NCBI GenBank assembly: GCA_045636425.1
Contig: JAZTXM010000006.1
Span: 8,784-72,783, forward strand
Direction of reading: 5' to 3'
Origin: Clostridia bacterium
Lineage (GTDB): Bacteria > Bacillota > Clostridia > UMGS1883
DNA length: 64,000 nucleotides
Below are positions 57,187-64,000 of the stretch, in pieces. The notes under the pieces were generated by a model. It was not told the origin of the DNA and made no database searches. It saw only the letters and a program-made list of their open reading frames with translations. A program made the translations under genes and the position numbers. Every line of letters begins with the position of its first letter. Position 1 is the stretch's first letter.

Positions 57187-58709
57187 TGGACAGTGCGTCA
57201 AAGCTTTTGAAAAATACGCTCTTAATTGCTTCGGGCAGTATAATTTTGCGTCTGTGTGCACTTTTTTTCCAGGCATATCTGGCGGCACAGGCAGGGGCAG
57301 GACAGCTTGGATTTTACGGCATTATTTCCTCGGTGGGGGTTGTTTTTGCAACCATTGCCATTTCAGGGGCGCGTTTTGCCGTTACAAGACTTGCCTCCCA
57401 GCAATGCAGTATGGGAAATTTATACCCTCATTCTCTGATGAGAAGTGCCTTTTTGTATGGACTTTTGTTCGGTGCGTTATCCGGCGGAGTAATGTACTTT
57501 GGCTCGGATGCCTTGTCACGCTATTGGGTCATGGAATCCTCTGCCGCTCTGCCGCTTCGTATAATATCCGCATCGATGCCCTTTATTTCTGTCGGTGCAG
57601 TTATTGAAGGCTACTTCACTGCGAAACAGAAGGTTTTCAGACTTGTAACGGCTGAAATCTCCTCACAGCTTATAAGGATATTCTTTGTTATAATTTGTTT
57701 TGGAAAACTTGACAAAGAAAATGTCATGAGTATTTTATCAGCAGGCTCTTTTATTGGGGAGGTTTCACTTTCTCTTATCTTACTTATCCTTTATTTTTTT
57801 GAAAGCTTCGGTAAAAAAGAAAAGTGCAAAAGCAGAAAAAACCTTTCCGCTCTTGCAAAAACGGCACTTCCCCTTGCTGTAAGTGCGTATATGCGAACGG
57901 GGCTTAGCTCGCTCGGGCAGATTATTATTCCGAGGGGGCTCAGGAAGTCGGGAATGGGGGCAGATGCGGCGTTTGTTACCTATGGTATAATAGGGCAGAT
58001 GGCGTTCCCCGTAATAATGTTCCCCGCGGCACTTTTAAATGCGTTGGGAGATATTCTTGTGCCTCGCCTGACGGGGGCACAGACAACCGGTAAAAAAATA
58101 GGCATAGCACATATTGTAAACCGTGCACTCAGAATAGGTATTATTTTCAGCTTCGGGGTAATGGGGCTGATGTTTTTCTATTCGGACAGCCTGGGACAAT
58201 GTTTTTACAAAAGTGCAGAGGCAGGAAAGTACATACGCATTTTTGCCCCCCTTATTCCTATTATATATATTGACTGTGTAACCGACGGGTGCCTCAAGGG
58301 ACTCGGGCAGCAGGTTCATTCTATGGTATATAACGTGCTGGAGGGTATAATCAATGTCACGCTTTTGTTTTTGCTTCTTCCCACCATGGCAATTAGGGGA
58401 TATATTGCAGTAATGTACATAAAAGAAGCCTTTAATGCCGTGCTTAGCCTGAGGAGGCTCAGTATGGTGACATGCGTGGATAAGAACATAGCTGTTTTTA
58501 TCAGTGTTACAGCGGCGGCATATTTATCCTACGTGTTTTCGGGCATTGTGGCACCCGGGGGGACTCTTTGGATAGCACTTTCTCTGTACGCTCTGTTTTA
58601 TATTGTTCTTCTCTATGTGCTTAACACCGTCACCCGTGAGGACTTGAAATGGGTGGTCTCACTTGTGAGAAATGAAGAAAAACCTAAAAAAACTGCTTCT
58701 CGGTGTTGA
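57186..58709 (+). CDS. SpoVB-type polysaccharide/peptidoglycan-precursor flippase (MOP superfamily)
   Basis: 507 aa; 14 predicted TM helices; SpoVB-like N-terminus. Confidence 0.65.
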   Translation: MDSASKLLKNTLLIASGSIILRLCALFFQAYLAAQAGAGQLGFYGIISSVGVVFATIAISGARFAVTRLASQQCSMGNLYPHSLMRSAFLYGLLFGALSGGVMYFGSDALSRYWVMESSAALPLRIISASMPFISVGAVIEGYFTAKQKVFRLVTAEISSQLIRIFFVIICFGKLDKENVMSILSAGSFIGEVSLSLILLILYFFESFGKKEKCKSRKNLSALAKTALPLAVSAYMRTGLSSLGQIIIPRGLRKSGMGADAAFVTYGIIGQMAFPVIMFPAALLNALGDILVPRLTGAQTTGKKIGIAHIVNRALRIGIIFSFGVMGLMFFYSDSLGQCFYKSAEAGKYIRIFAPLIPIIYIDCVTDGCLKGLGQQVHSMVYNVLEGIINVTLLFLLLPTMAIRGYIAVMYIKEAFNAVLSLRRLSMVTCVDKNIAVFISVTAAAYLSYVFSGIVAPGGTLWIALSLYALFYIVLLYVLNTVTREDLKWVVSLVRNEEKPKKTASRC

Positions 58710-58776
58710 CAAAAGCAAAGCATATTGATAAAATTAAAAGATAGTGAATTGCATAGTGCAGAAAAGAGGCGGCAAA

Positions 58777-59784
58777 ATGAAAAATTTAATTTTACCCAAG
58801 GAATATTGTGCAAAATTAACACTCAGAGAAACTCAGCGTGCAATTAAAATAATAAAGGATAATTTCCAGAAGAAGCTGGCAAAGGAGCTTAACCTTGACC
58901 GCGTAACGGCTCCCGTTATCGTTACCAAGGCAAGCGGTATTAATGACGACCTTAACGGCGTTGAACGCAAGGTCGAGTTTGATACCAAGGAATGCGGCGA
59001 AACGGTTGAGATAGTTCAGTCCCTTGCAAAGTGGAAGAGAATGGCTCTTTACCGCTACGGCTACAACCCCGGTGAAGGCATATATACAGACATGAATGCC
59101 GTACGCCGTGACGATAAGGTTGACAATGTACATTCCCTTTTTGTTGACCAGTGGGATTGGGAAAAGGTAATCGACAGAGAGGAAAGAAATGTGGAGTTTC
59201 TGAAAGAAACCGTAAGGAAAATCGTCAGAGCGGCGGCAGACACCCAGGATATTCTCTGCGAAGAGTTCCCTTTCCTTGAAAAGACCATCGAAAGGGAAGT
59301 GTTCTTCATCACTGCCCAGGAGCTTGAGGATATGTATCCCGGATTTACCGATAAGGAAAAAGAGGATGCAATTGTAAAAGAGCATAAAACCGTTTTCCTG
59401 ATGCAGATAGGAAAGAACCTTAAAAGCGGCAAGCCTCATGACGGCAGAGCGCCCGACTATGATGACTGGTCATTAAACGGCGATATTCTTATCTGGAACA
59501 ACGTTTTGGGAAGAAGCCTTGAAATTTCCTCTATGGGAATACGTGTAGATAAAAATTCTTTAAGAGCACAGCTTGAGGAGAGGAATTCTCTTGACAGAAT
59601 GAAATATGATTATCACAAAATGATTGATGACGAAACCTTGCCCCTTACAATAGGCGGTGGTATCGGTCAGTCAAGACTTTGCATGCAGATGCTCGGTCGT
59701 GCCCATATCGGTGAGGTGCAGGTAGCCGTATGGCCTGAGGAAATGAGAGAAGAATGCAGTGAAAACGGAATCTTCTTATTGTAA
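58777..59784 (+). CDS. asnA: Aspartate--ammonia ligase (asparagine synthetase A)
   Basis: Full-length AsnA similarity; start moved to ATG 58777. Terminator hairpin at 59798-59836. Confidence 0.85.
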   Translation: MKNLILPKEYCAKLTLRETQRAIKIIKDNFQKKLAKELNLDRVTAPVIVTKASGINDDLNGVERKVEFDTKECGETVEIVQSLAKWKRMALYRYGYNPGEGIYTDMNAVRRDDKVDNVHSLFVDQWDWEKVIDREERNVEFLKETVRKIVRAAADTQDILCEEFPFLEKTIEREVFFITAQELEDMYPGFTDKEKEDAIVKEHKTVFLMQIGKNLKSGKPHDGRAPDYDDWSLNGDILIWNNVLGRSLEISSMGIRVDKNSLRAQLEERNSLDRMKYDYHKMIDDETLPLTIGGGIGQSRLCMQMLGRAHIGEVQVAVWPEEMREECSENGIFLL

Positions 59785-60055
59785 TAAATTCGAAGTGAAG
59801 GAGGAAATCCTAAGGGATTTCTTCCTTTTTTGTAGGGAAGCGTTGACAAAATCAACAAAAAATCAGAAATAAAACACGCTCCTTTGTGCAAAATGACGAA
59901 AGAAAAAATAAATTATTGTATAATCTACGGATATATAAAAGCTGTAATTTATAGTAAAATTATATTACGGAGATATTCTTCGGAGTATAATATAACAAAC
60001 GAAGTAAAAAAGGCGGGTTTCATCGCCGGCACTTCGTAGAAAGGCGGTTACAGCA

Positions 60056-62095
60056 ATGAATGTATTTAGTGGAGAAAACATCAGAAACGTAGTAGTATTA
60101 GGACACGGCGGAGCAGGAAAGACATCGCTTGTTGAGGCGATTTTACATAAAGCCGGTGCATCTGACAGATTCGGTAAGATTGCAGACGGAACAACTGTAA
60201 GTGACTACGACGCAGAAGAAATCAAGAGAAAAATTTCAGTTAATCTTTCCATGGCACCCTGCGTGTGGCATACTCCCAAAATAGCAGATTCAAAGCTGAA
60301 CCTTATAGATACTCCCGGTTACTTTGATTTTGCAGGGGAAGCTATGGGCGGTATCCGTGCAGCGGAAAGTGCCCTTATCGTGATAAATGCTAAAAACGGA
60401 GTGCAGGTAGGTACGGAAAAGGCATGGAAATATGCTACCGACCGCGGTATGGCACGAATGATGTTTATTAACTTTATGGACGATGAAAATGCGGACTTTG
60501 ATAAAGTGGTAGATCAGATTCATGATAAATTCGGAGCAAGTGCGGCTGTTTTCAGAATTCCCATTAAGGAAGGCAAGGAAATGCGTGGTTATGTCAATAT
60601 CGTAAGCGGTAAGGCATATTCCGTTGTGAACGATGTTGAAACAGAAATCCCGATTCCCGATAATATGAAGCAGTCCTATGATAAATATCACGATGCTTTG
60701 GTTGAAGCCGTGGCACTTACGAGTGATGAGCTTTTGGAAAGATATTTTGCAGGCGATGTTATCACCGACGAGGAAATGCGTGCCGTTCTTAAGGGCAGTG
60801 TTAAGCAGGGACAGGTAGTTCCCGTATACGGCGGTTTCTGCGTAGATAAAACGTTTGCGGTACGCTCTCTTATGGATGCTATGCTTAAGTATCTTCCTTC
60901 CCCCATTGAAGCGGAGACAAATCCCGTGTGTGACGCATCTGCACCCCTTAGTGCAATTGTATTTAAGACGCTGGCTGATTCCTACGGAAAGATTTCTCTT
61001 ATCCGCGTGCTTTCCGGCACTCTTAAGGCGGACTCCACGGCATATAATGCTACAAAGGATGTTAATGAAAGAATCGGTAAGCTTTACGTAATCCGCGGTA
61101 AAAAGCAGATTGAAGTTCCCGAGCTTAAAGCAGGCGATATCGGTGCGGCTACAAAGCTTTCATATACGCTTACGGGAGATACCCTTGCAAAGCAGGGCGG
61201 AGAAAAGCTTGATGGTATCGAATTTGCAGAGCCTGTTATAAAAATGGCAATTGTTCCCCAGGCAAAGGGTGACGAAGAAAAGATAAGTGCAGGGCTTAAC
61301 AAGCTTCACGAGGAAGACCCCACATTCTCAGTTCTTAATAATCAGGAAACAAAAGAACTTACGATTTCGGGAACGGGTGAGCTTCATCTTGATGTTATCA
61401 CAAGTAAGCTTAAGAGCAAATTCGGCGTTGCCGTTAATCTTCAGGCTCCCAAGATTGCATACCGTGAAACCATCAGAAAGAACGTAAAGGTTCAGGGCAG
61501 ACATAAGAAGCAGTCGGGCGGTCATGGTCAGTTTGGTGATGTATGGATTGAATTCAGCCATCATGACGGAAACGAGCTTATCTTTGAAGAAAAGATTGTA
61601 GGCGGTGCAGTTCCAAAGAACTATTTCCCCGCTGTTGAAAAAGGACTTCAGGAATCTATCGCAAAGGGCGTTCTGGCAGGCTATCCCGTAGTGGGGCTTA
61701 AGGCTGTTTTGGTTGATGGCTCGTATCACCCCGTTGATTCCTCGGAAATGGCGTTCAAGGTAGCGGCAGGTATTGCTTATAAGGACGGTCTTACCCAGGC
61801 AAGTCCGGTGCTTTTGGAGCCTATCGGTCATCTTGAGGTTAAAATGCCCGAGGACCTTATGGGCGATATTATAGGCGATATCAACAAACGCCGCGGCAGA
61901 ATCCTTGGTATGAATCCCATTGGTGACGGACTTGGCGAGGTTATTGCAGAAGTCCCCGAATCTGAAATGGTTAAATATGCTACAGACCTTCGCTCTATGA
62001 CAAGGGCAAGAGGCTCCTTTACCTTCCAGTTTGAAAGATATGAGGAGGTTCCCGAAAATATAGCACAGAAGGTAATTGAAAACGCAAAAGCTTAA
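60056..62095 (+). CDS. Elongation factor G family translational GTPase (EF-G paralog)
   Basis: G1-G4 motifs (GHGGAGKTS, DTPGY, NFMD) and EF-G domains II-V; 679 aa. Confidence 0.8.
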   Translation: MNVFSGENIRNVVVLGHGGAGKTSLVEAILHKAGASDRFGKIADGTTVSDYDAEEIKRKISVNLSMAPCVWHTPKIADSKLNLIDTPGYFDFAGEAMGGIRAAESALIVINAKNGVQVGTEKAWKYATDRGMARMMFINFMDDENADFDKVVDQIHDKFGASAAVFRIPIKEGKEMRGYVNIVSGKAYSVVNDVETEIPIPDNMKQSYDKYHDALVEAVALTSDELLERYFAGDVITDEEMRAVLKGSVKQGQVVPVYGGFCVDKTFAVRSLMDAMLKYLPSPIEAETNPVCDASAPLSAIVFKTLADSYGKISLIRVLSGTLKADSTAYNATKDVNERIGKLYVIRGKKQIEVPELKAGDIGAATKLSYTLTGDTLAKQGGEKLDGIEFAEPVIKMAIVPQAKGDEEKISAGLNKLHEEDPTFSVLNNQETKELTISGTGELHLDVITSKLKSKFGVAVNLQAPKIAYRETIRKNVKVQGRHKKQSGGHGQFGDVWIEFSHHDGNELIFEEKIVGGAVPKNYFPAVEKGLQESIAKGVLAGYPVVGLKAVLVDGSYHPVDSSEMAFKVAAGIAYKDGLTQASPVLLEPIGHLEVKMPEDLMGDIIGDINKRRGRILGMNPIGDGLGEVIAEVPESEMVKYATDLRSMTRARGSFTFQFERYEEVPENIAQKVIENAKA

Positions 62096-62188
62096 CTAAA
62101 AGGGGGTGTTTTACACCCCCTTTCCGGCAAAATTTTTAGAATATAAAAATTCTGCATATAATTAAAAACAGAAAGTGAGGTTATTAGT

Positions 62189-62482
62189 ATGAAAAAAATT
62201 CTGTTAATAAGTATGATTGTATTGTCGCTTCTTCTTTCCGCTTGCGGAAACAGTAGCCAAAGCACAAATATTACCGCAGAAAGAGCAAAGGAGATTGCCC
62301 TTGAGAAAGTTCCCGGTGCAAAAACAGAGGATATCCGCAAATTCAAGAAAGACCGTGACGATGGAAGATATGTGTATGAGGGAGAAATTTTGTACAACAA
62401 AACAGAGTACGATTTTGAAATTGATGCACAAAGCGGTGAAATTATAAGCTGGGACCAGGAAAGAGAAAAATTGTTTGATTGA
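62189..62482 (+). CDS. PepSY-domain lipoprotein
   Basis: Lipobox LLSAC; PepSY fold motif; terminator hairpin at 62487-62535. Confidence 0.6.
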   Translation: MKKILLISMIVLSLLLSACGNSSQSTNITAERAKEIALEKVPGAKTEDIRKFKKDRDDGRYVYEGEILYNKTEYDFEIDAQSGEIISWDQEREKLFD

Positions 62483-62712
62483 CCATTAAAAATGCCATAG
62501 TGCAGCAAGGAAATACTGCACTATGGCATTTTTTTCTTTATATCGACCAAAAACGATAAAAAAATACTGATTTTAAGCGTATTTTCACGCAAAAATGCTT
62601 GCATTTATGATGAATAGTGGTATAATAAATAAGATGATAGTGCTGAAAGTAGGCTCTGTCGAAAAATAGGGTTATAATTTTTAAGATATATTTTTATAAG
62701 GTGGTTTTAATT

Positions 62713-63894
62713 ATGAACAAAAAGACAATTGAAGACATTCAGGTACAGGGAAAAAAGGTCCTCGTTCGTTGCGACTTTAACGTTCCCCTTGACAAAGAAG
62801 GAAACATCACAGACGAAAACAGAATTGTAGGCGCTATGCCCACAATCAAATATCTTGCAGATAACGGTGCAAAGGTTATTCTTTGCTCTCATATGGGTAA
62901 GCCCAAGGGTGAGCCCAAGCCCGAATTCTCTCTCGCTCCCGTAGCAAAGAGACTTTCTGAGAAACTCGGCAAGGAAGTAGTTTTTGCAGCAGATGCTAAC
63001 GTTGTTGGCGAAAACGCAAAGAAGGCAGTAGCAGAAATGAAGGACGGAGATATCGTACTTCTTGAAAACACCCGTTACAGAGCAGAGGAAACAAAGAACG
63101 TTGAAACATTCAGCAAGGAACTTGCTTCATTGGCAGAAATCTTTGTTAACGATGCTTTCGGTACAGCACACAGAGCACACTGCTCCACAGTTGGTGTTAC
63201 AGAGTATCTTCCCGCAGTTTGCGGTTACCTCATTCAGAAGGAAATTGAGTTCCTCGGCAATGCAGTAAATAACCCCGTTCGTCCCCTTGTTGCAATTCTT
63301 GGCGGAAGCAAGGTTTCAAGCAAAATCAGCGTAATTGAAAACCTTCTTGACAAGGTTGACAAGCTCATCATCGGTGGCGGTATGGCTTATACATTCATGG
63401 CTGCTAAGGGCTATGAAGTAGGTGACAGCCTTCTTGAAAAGGATTATATCGACTACGCTAAGGAAATGATGGCAAAAGCCGGAGATAAGCTTCTTCTTCC
63501 CATCGACACAGTTGTTGCAAAGGATTTTGACAACGATGCAGAGAGCAAGGTTGTAAACGAAGGTTGTATTGAAGAGGGCTGGCAGGGTCTTGATATCGGA
63601 CCTAAGACAATCGAGCTTTTCTCCGATGCAGTTAAGAGTGCAAAGACAGTTGTTTGGAACGGACCCATGGGCGTATTTGAAATGAGCAACTTTGCTAAGG
63701 GTACAAATGCAATCGCACAGGTTCTTGCTGAAATTGATGCTACAACAGTTATCGGCGGCGGCGACAGCGTTGCAGCAGTTAACCAGGCAGGCCTCGGTGC
63801 TAAGATGAGCCATATTTCAACAGGCGGCGGCGCAAGCCTTGAATTCCTTGAAGGTAAGGAGCTTCCCGGCATAGTTGCACTCCAGGACAGATAA
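62713..63894 (+). CDS. pgk: Phosphoglycerate kinase
   Basis: Start at ATG 62713 after RBS AAGGTGG; strong full-length Pgk similarity. Confidence 0.95.
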   Translation: MNKKTIEDIQVQGKKVLVRCDFNVPLDKEGNITDENRIVGAMPTIKYLADNGAKVILCSHMGKPKGEPKPEFSLAPVAKRLSEKLGKEVVFAADANVVGENAKKAVAEMKDGDIVLLENTRYRAEETKNVETFSKELASLAEIFVNDAFGTAHRAHCSTVGVTEYLPAVCGYLIQKEIEFLGNAVNNPVRPLVAILGGSKVSSKISVIENLLDKVDKLIIGGGMAYTFMAAKGYEVGDSLLEKDYIDYAKEMMAKAGDKLLLPIDTVVAKDFDNDAESKVVNEGCIEEGWQGLDIGPKTIELFSDAVKSAKTVVWNGPMGVFEMSNFAKGTNAIAQVLAEIDATTVIGGGDSVAAVNQAGLGAKMSHISTGGGASLEFLEGKELPGIVALQDR

Positions 63895-64000
63895 GGAAGC
63901 GGGATGTTAAAAATGCCCAGACCATTCGTTGGCAACGGATTATGGCCCAAAAAGGCTATGATATTTACAACGATATGGTTTTTGGTTGAAATCCGTTATA

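Overview
This 64-kb window comes from a spore-forming, S-layer-bearing Firmicute, most likely a member of Clostridia. The first 25 kb is ordinary core genome: an amino-acid ABC transporter, malQ, the complete spoIIIAA-AH operon, and the conserved yicC-remA-gmk-rpoZ-priA-def-fmt-rsmB-rlmN-stp-prkC-rsgA-rpe block. The middle holds a MacAB-like efflux operon, two large SLH-domain S-layer proteins, metY-metA, carD and a fused ispDF. The last 16 kb is core again: hrcA (with CIRCE)-grpE-dnaK-dnaJ-prmA-rsmE, asnA, an EF-G paralog and pgk. Two regions are accessory and carry the novelty. (1) At 32.46-33.24 kb a tandem array of about 220-bp units sits around an intact tRNA-Arg(ACG). Each unit is bounded by bidirectional hairpin terminators and ends, on the minus strand, in a tRNA-like T-arm, acceptor and GCCA. 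A 5' tRNA-Arg fragment lies nearby. (2) At 39.6-46.9 kb a patchwork surrounds the main S-layer gene. Two paralogous, inverted type I toxin-antitoxin-like modules have consensus convergent promoters, a 22-23-codon hydrophobic peptide ORF, an antisense sRNA and a shared bidirectional terminator. One module is carried next to a Y1 (HuH) transposase element whose inverted ends are arrays of a 13-bp tandem repeat. That element is flanked by a 187-bp direct duplication that copies the promoter and first 36 codons of a transglutaminase-like gene. A RelE-like toxin with a downstream, not upstream, partner gene lies in a 22-bp direct-repeat-flanked cassette.
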